64,000 nt of DNA. Origin: Mustelus asterias. Its lineage: Eukaryota. A model generated the notes under the pieces. The model was not told the DNA's origin. It made no database searches and saw only the letters and a list, made by a program, of their open reading frames with translations. The number at the start of each line of letters is the position of its first letter. The first letter of the stretch is position 1. Location: NCBI RefSeq assembly GCF_964213995.1, contig NC_135801.1, positions 37,696,001-37,760,000 on the forward strand, given 5' to 3'. Positions 22,976 through 37,248 of this stretch are shown here, one piece after another. The position numbers and the translations under genes are program-made.

Positions 22976-24801
22976 TCACTGAAGACTTAGTGCTTTGTTT
23001 ATTTCAGGTTTGTGTTACCTACTGGAACTAAAAATCTTGGATTGGGAATGAACCTCCTAATAATATATATTTTGAATGGGAAAACCTGCTTCAATATAAG
23101 TAGTTTTAATTTAAACAGTGGTTTTCAGGAATGTATCTACTAGTTAAATGGGGTATTGCTGTATACTTTCATTATTAAAATAAATTGTGATCATATCCAA
23201 GTTAAAAAAATCCAATATCTACGATTGCAAATTTGGATCTCCAATGGTGCCCACTTAGGTTTAATGGCATTTGTGGTCTCAAGTAAACAGTGTTTTACTT
23301 CCATCTGTGTTGACTCATGCTCCTCTACACACAGCATAACCATAATGACGTGAACTGAGTATTTGCATCTCCAGCAAGTGTAGTATTTAATCTCTCCAAG
23401 GCTGAACCAAGCAAATACCTGGTGAGACAAGGCCTGATAGAAATCAATAATTTGCTTTATTTCACAGCAAGGTGAATGTTAACTGACGACAGTTGTAATC
23501 ATACATACTTAATTCTAACAGCATAACCCATCTTTGTGTAATGATACAAAATTTTAAAAATTGCGCCACGTTTTTTAATCTCCCCCTTACTTCAACTTCT
23601 CCAGCATTTCTCATGGAGAAAATGAAGCTTTTACATGATATTTCTCTCAAACTTCCAAGTCCAAAAAGCCCCTTAAACTGTCACATTTTTCTCTCTCTTT
23701 CAAACTTGGATCATAGGACTTTCCAACACAACAACTGTGGGCTATTTTACAATTCCTCCTCCAAGTAACATGCCTCATGTTGGCAACCATGGACTTCCAA
23801 TGTATTGGTCCATGATTACACTTGGCAAGGTACTGTTGTTGCCTTATGCGGTATGTCTGAGCAGGAAACTCTCCTGCATTCACTAACTGCCATCAGGTGC
23901 GTTGGAAGGATTTACCTGTTTGATTATATTATGAGAGCACTTTCCATGGCCCTCAAGTCAAGAAGTGGGGCTTGAATCTCAAGCTTCTGGCCCACATGTA
24001 AGGATGCTACCCAGTCTGTCACAAGACCTCCCAGTTTAAAATTACCACACAAACTAACAAATTGCGCATCATTTATGCTCTGGAGAAAAAACATCTATTT
24101 TGCATTGTCCAGGTGTCTTTTAAAACTTGAGAATACACTTTGCTTAAAAGAAAAACATTTTTAAAGAATTTATGAAACTGTTGCACAATTATGCCAATAG
24201 TTTTAATTTAAAAAATTCACTGTCATAAATGTGATGAGCATCAGCAATGCTTAGCTAGGCGACTTAAGTGAGGGTGATCTAGCTCAGCAGTTTCTCCTTT
24301 CATGCATACTATTAAGTGAACTTCAGAAGTAAAATTGTTCATCAGCTGCCACTTCGATAGTCTCACTCTCCCTGGGATATGGAGGGAGGGAAAAAGAAAT
24401 AGAGGGAGGAAAGCAAGCAGAGAGGAAAGATTTATATTCTTGTTTACTATGTTGCAACACTGCTGTAACTGTTGAAAGTGTTTGACAGCAAAGCAACCAT
24501 GGTTAAAAAGAATGCTGGCACTTGTCACCAAGCCTCACTGGTGAGGTACAAGACAATGACCAGTGTTCATGTAATCTGTCACACCATTTGGGAGGGCAAG
24601 GAGCAAAATAAATTAGTAGGAAAAATAAGAAGTGTTTTTCTTTGCTAATGGACACTCCTGCAGCGTGATATTTATTCTCTGATCCTGATGAAGTAGGAGA
24701 GTGGAGCAAGGCCACAAAAAGACTTAAAAACAATTAATATTGAAATTCTGTCTTAAACTGAAAAGATGCTTGAATTGGCATGAGAAATTAATAGTCTGTA
24801 C

Positions 24802-25001
24802 CTTGATGGATAGCAACGCCTTCAGGAGTGGCCCATACAGAATGATTTGAGAATCGGGAGACATTTCTAGTTCCACATGTAGTTTATCAGGTGCAAGTTC
24901 AGATGGATCGATACGTAATCTTTGTGAAACTGAAGGAGAATGCAAAGTTCGTTCAGCAGCCTTCTGTGATGATCTTGATGTCAATTGCTGCATTTCAAAT
25001 A
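24802..25001 (-). CDS. BLTP1: BLTP1 coding exon (LFEMQQLTSRSSQK...IDPSELAPDKLHVELEMSPDSQIILYGPLLKALLSIK)
   Basis: Acceptor ttctttttaaag|TA, donor CAAG|gtacag; 200 nt, phase 1-0. Confidence 0.93.
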
Positions 25002-25145
25002 CTTTAAAAAGAAATGATATTCTTTAAAAAAATATACTCTAAGATAGACAGGGTTACTGTCGAAACCAAACTTTGAATTGCCAATAATCTCAGCTACCCT
25101 TATTGATCCTTAATAATTTCCACCACCATTAACCAATCTACAATA

Positions 25146-25450
25146 TCATTGAATCTACAGTACAGGAGGCCATTTGGGCCATCGAGCCTGCACCGACAAC
25201 AATCCCACCCAGGTCCTATCCCCGTAATCCCATATATTTACCGTCCTAATCCCCCTGACACTATGGGGCAATTTATCATGGCCAGTCAACCTAACCCGCA
25301 CATCTTTGAACTGTGGGAGGAAACCGGAGCACCCGGCAGAAACCCACTCAGACATGGGGAGAATGTGCAAACTCCATAGTCACCTGAGGCTGGAATTGAT
25401 CCCGGGTCACTGGCATTGTGAGGCAGCAGTGCTAACCACTGTGCCGCCCC
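25146..25450 (-). mobile_element. HE1-like V-SINE, CR1-type tail
   Basis: Same head, core and tail as the other copies. Confidence 0.85.
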
Positions 25451-25616
25451 ATGTTGCATGATATGTATTCACCACAATTGCTTAAAATTAAATCACACAC
25501 TATTTAATTTGAAAGTGTACCACTCAAATACAAATCTTTTGGCTCCTCAAGTCTGTTGGGGCATTTTTACTCCAGAAACCATCTAATCAAGCCTCACTTT
25601 CCTGCTTTTTAACCAT

Positions 25617-25753
25617 GGGTTGGAATTCTCTGACATCACAATGGCTGGGATTGTCTGGTCCCGCTGCAGTGAATCGAGTTTTGGCTGAGCACCAAATTCG
25701 CCGTTCTCGCTGGCAGCAGTGGCTGGGCGAACGAGGGCAGAGAATCCCGGCCG
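25617..25753. mobile_element. Small MITE-like element (possibly PIF/Harbinger type)
   Basis: GC-rich 137 bp in AT-rich DNA with imperfect terminal inverted repeats GGTTGGAATTCTCT / AGAGAATCCCGGCC. Confidence 0.6.
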
Positions 25754-25984
25754 ATGCCTTTTAATAAACTTTATCAAGCAAGTATCTAATTGTGTTTAAA
25801 TAGCAAAACCTTCGTCAAATGACTGTTAGAAAAATCCACATTCTAACTGCCTTTTGTGAAGAACATTTTTATAAACTCCCTGCTTTTCAAATTTTGTGGT
25901 TAGCTTCTCATTATAATCCCAATGACAGCACTCCCTCGTTTGACCACAGCTGGAGCAACGTGAACAACTACGGTCATCATATCA

Positions 25985-26490
25985 TACGAAGGATGTATTG
26001 GCTTTGGAAGGAACGCAGCATTGAATTTACTAGAATGATACTGGACTTCAAGGGATAAATACAAGGAGGGGTTAAACAGACTGAGGTCATATTCCCTGGA
26101 ATTTAGAAGGTTAATGTTTGATTTGATCCAAGTTTTAAAGATATTAAGGGAAACAAGATAGGGTAGGTTGATGGAAATATTTCCACTAGTTGGGGAGTCC
26201 AGGACTAGGGGGTACAGTCTGAAGATTAGAGCCTGGCCCTTCAGGAATGAAATTAGGAAATACTTCTTCACCGAGAGCATGCCAGAAATTTGGAACTAGC
26301 TTCCGCAAATAGCAACTGATGTTAGATCAATTGTTCATTTTAAAATTGAGATTGATAGATTTTTGTTGGCCAAAGGTGTTAAGGAAAATAGAATAAAGGC
26401 AGGAATATGGAGTTAAGTCACAGAGAAGCCATGATCTCACTGAGTGTTGGAACAGACTTGGGGAGTTAAATGACCTATCCCTATTACTAA
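25985..26490 (+). mobile_element. Decayed CR1 3' end; further decayed minus-strand CR1 pieces extend to ~28270
   Basis: GAAGGATGTATTGGCTTTGGAAGG, GGACTAGGGGGTACAGTCT and AGCCATGATCTCACTGA motifs. Confidence 0.75.
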
Positions 26491-28353
26491 GTTGAAGCAA
26501 TTTATCACCACCTTAATCTTCTGAGCTGTAAGTAAACAAAATATAATTTCAAGTGACTTTCGTAACCTTACCCCTCACAAATCCATGTTGTTTTTCCAAC
26601 ACTTTCACACCCTTCATATAAAGAAGTGCCCAAAAACCGAAAAGAATAGTCTGGCAAGAGCCTTATTATGATCTTGTTCAATTTTAGTATACTTCATGTA
26701 CTCTATATTTTTAGATACTAAAACAAGGATTCCATTTCCCTTTACATCCACGTCCTTTGTGCTGCCACTTAGTATAGAATCACAAAAATTTAAAGCACGA
26801 GACCATTCGGCCCGTCATGCCTGTGCTGGCCCTTTGTAAGATTAGTCATAATCATCCCTCATCTTCGCTCTTTTTATCCATAACCCCACATGTTGCTCCT
26901 GCTCAAGTACCTATCCAACCACCTTTAAAAATTATTCATAAAATCAGGTCAACTCTGATTGAAAAATGACTTCATCTTTCTTCAAGTTCTTTAGACAATG
27001 GTTCTAAATCTTTGGCCTTTGGTTATTGATCCATTCGCCAGATCAAATAGTTTTTCTCCATCAATTCTATCAAAACCTCTCATCATCTTGAAAACCTCTA
27101 TTTGGTCACTTCTTAATCTTCTCTCTTCCAGGGAGAATAATCCTACCTCTTATAATCTACCCTCATAACGGAGGTGTCCACTTCTTGAAAACATTCTGGC
27201 ACATGTATAACATTTCTTAAAGTCACAGAGCCAAGCAATAGCCTTGTCAGTGGCATAATGGAGTTCTTTAAGATCCTGTCTTCAAGATTAGTCAGCACAC
27301 ACTCCTTGACAAGAGAGTCATGGTTTGAACTGCAAGACAATTGCAGCCTGGATAGTCTTGCTGATCCCACTGACGTTGGGTGAATGCACAGAGGCCTAGG
27401 CCAGTCTGGAAATGGTTTAAAAGGATCCACTGTTGCCATGGGAGATCAAAGTTCAGCGGACAGGCCGCAGGATCTATGATAAGATATGATGACACGTGAC
27501 ACTAATAAATCAAATCAAAAAATCGTTTCTAGTGGATGTTTTCCCCTGGCAATCCTCCTGCCATAGGTCTTTAGCTGGTACTTCACAGTGTGGTGGATTT
27601 AAACGTATGGGGTGGTGTGAGGGAAGGCATATCACTGATATAAACCAGTATCATACTGGTAAATCTTTTTTGTATTCCCTCCAGTGCATTTATATCCTTT
27701 GCTTGCCCCATGGTCTTCATGCTCTTAAATATTCATTAATCCATTGTGTTTTATCAAAGGCTTTTTGGAAATCTAGATATATTATATCTACTTCACTACC
27801 CTTGTCTACTCAAATTATCTCTTCAAAGAACTCAATGAAGCTGGTCAATCAAAACTTCCCTTTTGAAATCCAGGATGCCTATTCATTATTATACTTTTGG
27901 TTTCTTGACCTTTTTAATTTTCTCCTTCAGTAGGAATTGCATTATTTTTCCTACTACTGATGCTAACTGGTCTACAGTTGCCAGACATGTTCTATTGCCC
28001 TTCTTAAATATAGGTTATAATGCCAGTTATCCTCCAGTCCTCTGGCACTACACCTTTCTCTAATGAATTAAATATTATTAAATGAATTATTAAATATCTG
28101 CAACAGTTCTTCTGCTGTTTCTTCTAGCCATTATTTTAAAATGCACAAATGCAATCTGTCCAGTCCAGTGGTTAATCCCCTTTGGGTTTTATTAGTTTAT
28201 TTAATATTTCTCTTCATTGTATTTTAAATGTGGTTATATCATTTCTAATCTCATCTTCCAATGCTTGATCAATGAACAACCTCCCCCTGTTCCTATATTC
28301 CTTCCACCTTTGGAAGGAGCAAAGCAATGAATGAAAGATGAATAATTTCTTAC

Positions 28354-28460
28354 AGCTTTGTTTCAACTGCTCATCAGCTTTCTGAGGGTAGATGGGATGC
28401 CAGGTATAGTCAATGCAGAGTAGGATATTTGGAACAGACCAGCAGTCAATCCAATCAATC
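28354..28460 (-). CDS. BLTP1: BLTP1 coding exon (IDWIDCWSVPNILLCIDYTWHPIYPQKADEQLKQS); not in the ORF track
   Basis: Read manually: acceptor ttatttatag|G, donor AAGCT|gtaaga; 107 nt, phase 2-1; IDYTWHPIYPQKADEQLKQS matches KIAA1109 as recalled. Confidence 0.95.
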
Positions 28461-28984
28461 CTATAAATAAGAAGTCAAGCAATGTCTTAGGCAACGATCT
28501 ACAGTCACAAACAAATATCGAAGTGCAAGTTATTTTTCAGAAATTTAAAAATATCTAGCATTTTAACATAAAAATACTGGTACTTGTTCATGTTCCTGGG
28601 AATTGCTCACAGCTAGTCTCGTAGTTAAACGTAGACTTACATTTATATAGCACCTAATAATCACCTAATCACGTTTGAGAAATATCAATGTGCTTCAAAA
28701 AGTTACTTCTCAAGCAGTCTGGGCTGTCATATAGATTAGTGTGCACAAAACTTGATTAAACAATAATGAAAGGAATGATGAGATCATCTTGTTTTGTGGC
28801 GGTCGCAGTTGAGGGACTTCTGATGACCAGGTTGCTGGGAGAATGTCCTGCTCTTTCAAAGAACATTAAGGTTTTTTTTTTTCACATCCACCCTCGTAAG
28901 CAATCTGGACCTAGGTTATATAATTCATTCAACATATTAGATATTTGACACAGACCAGCAGCACTCAATCAATCCTAATAAGTA

Positions 28985-30340
28985 ACCATATAAAAGTGCC
29001 CACAGGGAAAGTAGATACATTGGTTTTGATCTTCTATAAATCCCTGGTTTCTAGAACAATCCTTGTAGATCAGAATGTAGCAAATGTAACCTTGACGTTC
29101 AAGAACGGAAGGAGAAAAATGCTAGGATCCATTATTAAGGATAATTATTAATAATAACAGGGTGCTTGGAAAAATCACAATGATTAAGCAGAGTCAACAT
29201 GGTTTTCAGAAAGGTGAATCACGTTTGACAAATCTATTAGAGCTTTTTGGGTATTATTAACAGGATAGATAAAGATTGAACTAGTGGATTTACAGAAAGC
29301 TTTTGATAAGGTGCAGTACAATGGATTATTACACTAGACAAAAGGTGCAGGAATGATCATAGATTATCACTAATGATTAGCTAATGGACAGAAAATAGCC
29401 ATTTCATGATAGCAGGGTATAATTACTGGAGTGCCACAAAGCTCTGTGCCTGGGCCTCAGCAGTACACAATCTATATCAATGACTTGGGTGAAGAGCCCA
29501 AGTGCGATATATCCAAGTTTACTGACAATACAAAGCCAGGTGGGTAAGTAAGCTGTGAAGAGTATGTAAAGAGTCTGCAAATGGACAAACTGGACAAGGC
29601 AATCACAAATGGAGTATAATTTTTCGAAATGCGAAACTACCCACGTCAAAAAGAAGGAAAGGAAATCAGAATATCTTTTTAAGAAAGGTCAAGGACTAGA
29701 TAAAGTTAGTATTCAGAGGAATTTGGGTGTTTTTGTGCATGCATCACAGAAAGTTAACACACAAGTACAGTAGGGAAGATCGTATGCCCTTTGTGGCAAG
29801 AGGATGTGAGTAGAAGAGTAAGAATGCCTTTCTGCAGTTATATGTCGCTTTGGTGAGACGACAGCTGGGACACTGGGTAAATTTTTGGTTTCCTTAGAGG
29901 AAATGTGCAATGAAGATTCACTGCTTGATTCCTGGGATGTGGGGACTGTCCTACAAGGAGAGATCGAGTAGAATGGGCCTATAGTCTCTGGAGTTTAGAA
30001 GACTAAGAAATTATTTCATTAAAATATATAAAATTCTTAGAAGTCTTGGCAGGGTAGATGTGGAAAGGTTGTTTCCTGACTGGATAGCCTAGAACTAGGG
30101 GTCATAGTGTTAGAATAAGGGGTCAGCTGTTTAGAACAGAGATGAGGAGAATATCCTTTACTCAAAGCTGCGGATGCTAAACTATTAATTGTATTCAAGA
30201 CCGTGGCTGATAGATATTTGAGCAGCAAGGGAATCAAGGGAAATTAGAGTTGATGTAAAAGCTCGACCAGGTTCTAATAAATACCGGAGGAGGCTTGATG
30301 GGGTGTATGACCTACTCTTGCACTCACTTCTTAGGTTGAA
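28985..30340 (+). mobile_element. Decayed CR1 LINE (RT to 3' UTR)
   Basis: NVANVTLTFK, AAAGCTTTTGATAAGGTG, GGAGTGCCACAA motifs; many disablements. Confidence 0.8.
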
Positions 30341-31347
30341 TGTCTGTAAATATGCAGCATTCTTTCAGGATTCTCTGGAGAATCAGTCCAGATTATGAAC
30401 TAAATGCTGGATTGAGATGTTTAGCTCCTAATCTGGCATTACAAATTTTAAGTCTGCCTTAGAAATCCTCTGGAGTAAGGCAGTGTGTATGTAGTCTATA
30501 TTTTGCTTTCAAGAGTTTACCTCTATGGTCAAAAATCTAGCAAACTTTGACTGCAAAAAAATGATTCCCTTGCAATTTGAATTGGGTACTGTGTCTTTTG
30601 TACATGTCCTCAGATACGCTTCGCCCACCTTATTAAAGGAGGACACCACCACTTGAGGGGAGGCTAGGCGCGGATCATTAAATTGTGTTATTTCACAGGC
30701 AGGAAGTGAACACAAGGAGTAATCGTCAAGGAAAATTCTACTTGTTAATTGTATCTTACTTTGCTCCTCAAAATTAAAACTATCTGGCCACTTCTGTTTA
30801 GTCACATTTTTCTCTATTGTCCACAAGACCTGACTGCCTACAATTCTTGCTTGCAGCTCCAGGCCATGGGCCTCATCTCATAGGAAATTGTTCTTAACGC
30901 AACTGCCTACCAAACATAGGCTAATTGTTTCTGTTCTTTCCAATCATATTCAGCAGAAGACAATGTCTTTGGCACCATCCTGTGCAGGGATTCACCAGCA
31001 GTCCTGGCAATCAAACTGATCAGATCCCCATCCCAAAAGTACATTTCCTCATGTTGTGCGCACAAAAATAACATTAACCACAATGGGGGTGAATAGACAC
31101 CTACAATAAGATTACAAACTGCTCCTTAGTCCTTAGTTATCTTGGCTAATGGACCTGGAATGTGACAATAGATACCCTCTATGTTAGCTTTAAATAAACT
31201 GCAAAATATGTCATGCAAACTGGCTAAGTTAGCATTAATACATACTTGTTAATGTTTGCAGCCTATGGCCTTTCTTTTTAAAATTTCTGTGAATTCAGTA
31301 TTTTAAAATACAACTTTTAAGCGTAATTCAATCCCAAATTCCATTCA

Positions 31348-31696
31348 TCATAGAAATCATAGAAACCCTACAGTGCAGAAAGAGGCCATTCGGCCCATCG
31401 AGTCTGCAGTGACCACAATCCCACCCAGGCCCTACCTCCATATCCCTACACATTTTACCCACTAATCCCTCTAACCTACGCATCTCAGGAAACTAAGGGG
31501 CAATTTTAGCACAGCCAATCAACCTAACCCACACATCTTTGGACTGTGGGAGGAAACCGGAGCACCCGGAGGAAACCCACGCAGACACGAGGAGAATGTG
31601 CAAACTCCACACAGACGGTGACCCGAGCCGGGAATCGAACCCAGATCCCTGGAGCTGTGAAGCAGCAGTGCTAACCACTGTGCTACCGTGCCGCCC
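31348..31696 (-). mobile_element. HE1-like V-SINE, CR1-type tail (well preserved)
   Basis: GGGCGGCACGGTAGCACAGTGGTTAGC A box, GGTTCGATTCC B box, (TTTCTATGA)n tail. Confidence 0.9.
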
Positions 31697-32408
31697 ATTA
31701 ATTCCATGAATTAAAAGAAAAAAACTTCTGAAACATGCCTCCTGCTTAGTCAGCTCACAATGCTATTGTTACAATACAGAGAAGTGGTCGACATAGGTAT
31801 CTCCTGAATCATTTATAGGCTAACTGGCATTGTCAGAAGCTTCCCTAGATTGCTTGGTTCCTTCAAATGTAAAGAGGTCGGATTATCTGAAAGCAATAGA
31901 GACCAAAAGAAATGGCTCACTTTTGTGAGGGACTAAGACTTTTTAAAAATATAGAGAAATATGCTCATTGCTATCTCTAAAAAATGCAAACTGGAAATGG
32001 TTGAATCCACACCTGTTTGTGACTCTGAACAGAAAAAGTTAACTGACAGTATCGGGAAAACTTGCATATTGTTATTTCTGAAGAGCCACTATCACTGAAC
32101 AAATTCAAAGAGTGCTACACAAAGGCCCTCTGCATTTCATAAACCAGGCTGTTAAGACAAAGGGACCCCCAACCTTCCTTTCAATTGTAAATGAATGAGA
32201 TATTTAACAATCTCAGGGACCCAGACAAGGGATACATGCCCTTTGTCAAAGACAGTGTGAATAGTCCTGTGACATATTGCCTTGCTGAACTGCAAACTCC
32301 TGGGGCACGATCTTAGAAAAAATATTCTAAGTGCCGAACAAGCGAGAAAACAGGAGAGAGTTGCGCCAGATTTTTCGGCAACCTGCAAGTCTCAATCATA
32401 TGGCACTT

Positions 32409-32748
32409 TCATAGAATCATAGAATCGTACAGTGTAGAAGGAGGCCACTCTGCCCATCGAGTCTGCACCGACCACAATCCCACCCAGGCCCTATTCCCTT
32501 AACCCCATGTATTTACCCTAGCTAGTCCCCCTGACACTAAGGGGCAATTTAAATTTAGCATTGCCAATCAACCTAACTTGCACATCTTTGGAGTGTGGGA
32601 GGAAACCGGAGCATCCGGGGGAACCCCACGCAGACATGGAGAGCGTGCAGCCTCCGCACAGACAGACAGTGACCCAAGCCGGGGATCGAACCTGGATCCC
32701 TGGCACTGTGAGGCAGCAGTGCTAACCACTGTGCCACCCATCCGCCCC
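32409..32748 (-). mobile_element. HE1-like V-SINE, CR1-type tail
   Basis: A box, B box GGTTCGATCCC, V-domain, tail ATTCTATGATTCTATGA. Confidence 0.9.
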
Positions 32749-32863
32749 CATCCCCATCTGCAGAGTTGCTTTCCCTCCCCGATCACCCCTGTCTGTAGAG
32801 TTCCCTTGCCTTGGAATTAATCTTGTTGTAAAATTTGAATTGCTTTTTGAAAATTTTCCCAAT

Positions 32864-33950
32864 GTGGCCGATTGGATAGGTAACTGGCTGTCTGATCGAA
32901 GACAGAGGGTGGTGGTGGATGGAAAATTTTCGGATTGGAGGCAGGTTGCTAGCGGAGTGCCGCAGGGATCAGTGCTCGGTCCTCTGCTCTTTGTGATTTT
33001 TATTAATGACTTCGAGGAGGGGGCTGAAGGGTGGATCAGTAAATTTGCTGATGACACCAAGATTGGTGGAGTAGTGGATGAGGTGGAGGGCTGTTGTAGG
33101 CTGCAAAGAGACATAGATAGGATGCAAAGCTGGGCTGAAAAATGGCAAATGGAGTTTAACCCTGATAAATGTGAGGTGATTCATTTTGGTAGGACTAATT
33201 TAAATGTGGATTACAGGGTCAGAGGTAGGCTTCTGAAGACTGTGGAGGAACAGAGAGATCTTGGGGTTCATATCCACAGATCTCTAAAGGTTGCCACTCA
33301 AGTGGATAGAGCTGTGAAGAAGGCCTATAGTGTGTTAGCTTTTATTAACAGGGGGTTGGAGTTTAAGAGCCGTGGGGTTATGCTGCAACTGTACAGGACC
33401 TTGGTGAGACCACATTTGGAATATTGTGTGCAGTTCTGGTCACCTCACTATAAGAAGGATGTGGAAGCGTTGGAAAGAGTGCAGAGGAGATTTACCAGGA
33501 TGCTGCCTGGTTTGGAGGGTAGGTCTTATGAGGAAAGGTTGAGGGAGCTAGGGCTGTTCTCTCTGGAGCGGAGGAGGCTGAGGGGAGACTTAATAAAGGT
33601 TTATAAAATGATGAAGGGGATAGATAGAGTGAACGTTCAAAGACTATTTCTTCGGGTGGATGGAGCTATTACAAGGGGGCATAACTATAGGGTTTGTGGT
33701 GGGAGATACAGGAAGGATATCAGAGGTAGGTTCTTTACGCAGAGGGTGGTTGGGGTGTGGAATGGACTGCCTGCAGTGATAGTGGAGTCAGACACTTTAG
33801 GAACATTTAAGCGGTTATTGGATAGGCACATGGAGCACACCAGGATGATAGGGAGTGGGATAGCTTGATCTTGGTTTCAGATAAAGCTCGGCACAACATC
33901 GTGGGCCGAAGGGCCTGTTCTGTGCTGTACTGTTCTGTGTATGTGTATGT
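32864..33950 (+). mobile_element. Young 5'-truncated CR1 LINE (family C) nested in a decayed minus-strand CR1 (~32750-35270)
   Basis: Open RT frame to 33868 (SGVPQGSVLGP, KFADDTK); 3' end GGGCCGAAGGGCCTGTTCTGTGCTGTACTGTTC. Confidence 0.95.
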
Positions 33951-36514
33951 TTATTCACCACCATACCTTTCAGTCTATTTTCCCAATAAACTTGTGCTAA
34001 TTCTCCTGTCATACATATGTAACTGACTATGTTTTAAGATTTTTGTTTGGAACTGGAATATGTCACTTTCAAACTTAATATGAAATTCAATTCTATTACA
34101 ATAACTTTTCCCCAAATGATCTTCTACTAGGTTACTAATTAACCCTGCTTCATTGTACAATGCTAGAATAAGGTTAGCCCTAACTGGTTCCTTCATACCT
34201 TGTGCCAGGAAACTGTTACAAAAGGATTCTACAATCATCTTCCGACCTCTGGCAATTTGTTTCGGCCAATCTAAATGAAGATTACATTCCCCTGCGATTA
34301 CTATAATACCTTTGCTACAAAGCTCCAATTATTTCTTGTCCTAGTATAAACGACTCTCACAATACCGATTCTATTTCCTGATATTCTAAACCTAGATCCG
34401 TTCTCATTAAGGTACTTATGTGAAACTTTATTATCAGAGCTACTTTTCCCTTTTCGACACGTTGCGTACTCTGGAATATTTAACTCCCAGCCATGGTCAA
34501 TGTCTCTGTAATGGTGATTAGATCTAAATAATGTACCTACCTTATTATGAATACAGTGTGCATTCAGATGAAGAGCCTTTAATATTTTTTCACTACTTAC
34601 CTTATTCATTGATGCACTATTTCATTAAACTTTTTGTCCATCCCGTCATCTTTCCTCTTCAGATTTCTAAATCTCCCTTCACCTGAACCCCCTCCCCATA
34701 TCCATCCCACCACCCTCCACATCCTCCCTAATCTTTTCGTTAACAGTCTTATTCACAGCTCTTGTTTGAATTGTAGTCTACCCCAAAGGAACAACTCCCT
34801 TTTTCCCCAGTACTAGTGCAGGAGCCCCATAAATCAAAGTTCCTTCTTCCTACACCATTCTGAATGACATGGTGAATTCTCTAATCTGCCCAATGCCAAT
34901 TGGTACATAGATCAATTAACAATCCAGACATATCCACCTTTATGGGTCTGTGTTTTAACTTGCATCCTAACTTCTCAAACACCTCAGCAGAACAACATTC
35001 CTGTTTCAATCTGAGTAGTTGGTTTCAACGTGTACTATGACAACTGGACCCACCAATCCCACTCCAGCCGAAATGTCATCTCTAACCTTAGTACCAGACA
35101 TGCAACACAACCTTCAGAACTACCAGTCACAACTGTGGAGTGCATTATCCATTGACTACAATGTCCCTATCTTTCCCACATTCCTTCTCACTGCACCTGA
35201 ATGGCTTCCTGCACCATAGTGCTATGGTCAGTTTGTATGTCCACCCTGCAATCCTTTTTAGCATCCACACATTGTTCTGTAAAAACTGAGACAATGTAAA
35301 TATCATACACCTTCATAATTTACTTTTAAGCTCAAAATGGGCTCTTTCATTCATAACCCATCTCTTTTTGATCATTTTAATTTCTTCCAAATTTGTAAGA
35401 ATCCTCCACATTGTTTCAATACAAACAACTCAGATTAGAGTAAGGCAGTAAGTGGATCAGAGGCCTTAATGTAACTGCCCTACCAGTCCCTGCTTAGATT
35501 CTGCCAGGAAGTTAAAATCAGATCAATGTCTTTACTCCTACTTGGTTTGGACCGAATGTAAAACTCAACTATTAGATAGTTAAATATATTTCACTGGTTA
35601 GATTTGAACTGCTATTAACTTAGGCCACGTCTCCTTTTATTCAACTAAAGTTACCTTATTTCCATTTTAGCTGAAGCTTTGTTTTCCTTTACTTTCAATG
35701 GACTTCAATACATGAAGGCTACTAATTTCCAAATATTCTCCCAGTTTTATGTTACTTACCAATGTTATCCTTTTTTAACCAGAACCAGTTGTTTTGATCA
35801 CAAGTGCTTTTCTTATCTTACTTTTATTTCAGAATAGTTACAATTTTCCATATTATCCTTATCACAGCAAACTTCGCTCAAATCTGCAAATTTCATCCTC
35901 AATATCTTGTTCCCTACTGGCAATCTATAAAATGTTCTAATATGAGAACAGGTCACCTATTATTGCAGAATCGAATAGAGACTTCGTCACCTGAGTAACG
36001 GCACCAATTCAAGATAGTCTTTCATTTGCTGTAACAGTGTCCTTGTTTAGTAATACCAACCCTTTTTCCCCCATTTGGTCCTGAAAAACTTTCAACTTTG
36101 AATATCTGCAGTTTCACGACCACTCCAATTTCTAAATTTTCCACAAATTCTTTAAACTTATGACGAAGATTTTTTGCAATGGTGAGAAGAAAGCATTGTC
36201 TATGAAATAATACTGGTGCAGAATCCCAAAATCAAAAGTATAAGACACTAACATCCGAGGTTACAGATTTCAATGTAATAAATTTAACAACTTTAAAATC
36301 AACAAATCAATGTTTTATTTAATTTCAGAGATTGCCAGAAATGAAAGAAAACAGCAGAAATAAACAGTTAACAATAAAATAATGAACAAAGCCTGCAATT
36401 CTCAGCAATCTTCAAATAAACAGACAGCCAACAGACCTCCTCAAAGTATTATTTCAATTCCATAAAAATAGGTTTGAAGCACATTAAACAAAAAAAAATT
36501 AAGTGGATACTCAC

Positions 36515-36693
36515 TCTGGCTGAGTAACATTGCGCCATTTTAGTTTTCCTGTTTTATGAGTAGATTGAGTCTCATTTGAAGAAGAAGTTTGAGGAGTTAC
36601 TTTGTTGGGCTGGGAATCATTTACTAATGTAACGGTCGCATACCTACTAGGGTGGCAGTCTGGGAGAAATAAACGTAAATCCATATTTTCTGC
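36515..36693 (-). CDS. BLTP1: BLTP1 coding exon (AENMDLRLFLPDCHPSRY...KLKWRNVTQPE)
   Basis: Acceptor tttacag|GCA, donor CCAGA|gtgagt; 179 nt, phase 0-2; LFLPDCHPS and KWRNVTQ motifs of KIAA1109. Confidence 0.93.
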
Positions 36694-37248
36694 CTGTAAA
36701 TGTAAAATAATTACACAAAATGTATACTTCAACGAGGTAGGAAGATTTATGTCAAGCAACTTATTTTGTATACAAAATCACTTCTACTTTTAAAAGTTCA
36801 ATTTATGTATCACATCTAACATCACAGAATTTTACAGAATGAATTATTTTCAATACAGGGATCATTGTTGCAGGGGCAAATAGAAAAGTATGGCATGTTC
36901 TTACAAATGATAGCGAGTTAAATAACTAGTTTAGCCAGTTTTGATGGTATTGCTTGAGAGAAATGCAGACTACAGCACCAGGAGAAATTTCTATTCTTCT
37001 TGGAATCATGCCATAGGATCCTTAACATCCTCTAAACTGTCAGAGCAGACAGACAAGCCCTCATCCAAAGAGCAGTATCTATAGCAATGCAGTACTTTAC
37101 TGAAACAAAACTAGATGATGGAGTCAAATCGTGAAGTGAAGGTAAAATATACAAACGTTTTATTCCAATCAAACAGTGCTACCAGTTAAGCCAATCAAAC
37201 AGTAACATCAATCTTAAGATGCCATTATACTGCAATGCTAATTTCACT

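Noticed and set aside
31493-31707. MVSTAASQ... and WLALLLHS... ORFs (also near 32.6, 49.7 and 55.4 kb)
   Set aside because: Spurious translations of V-SINE sequence.
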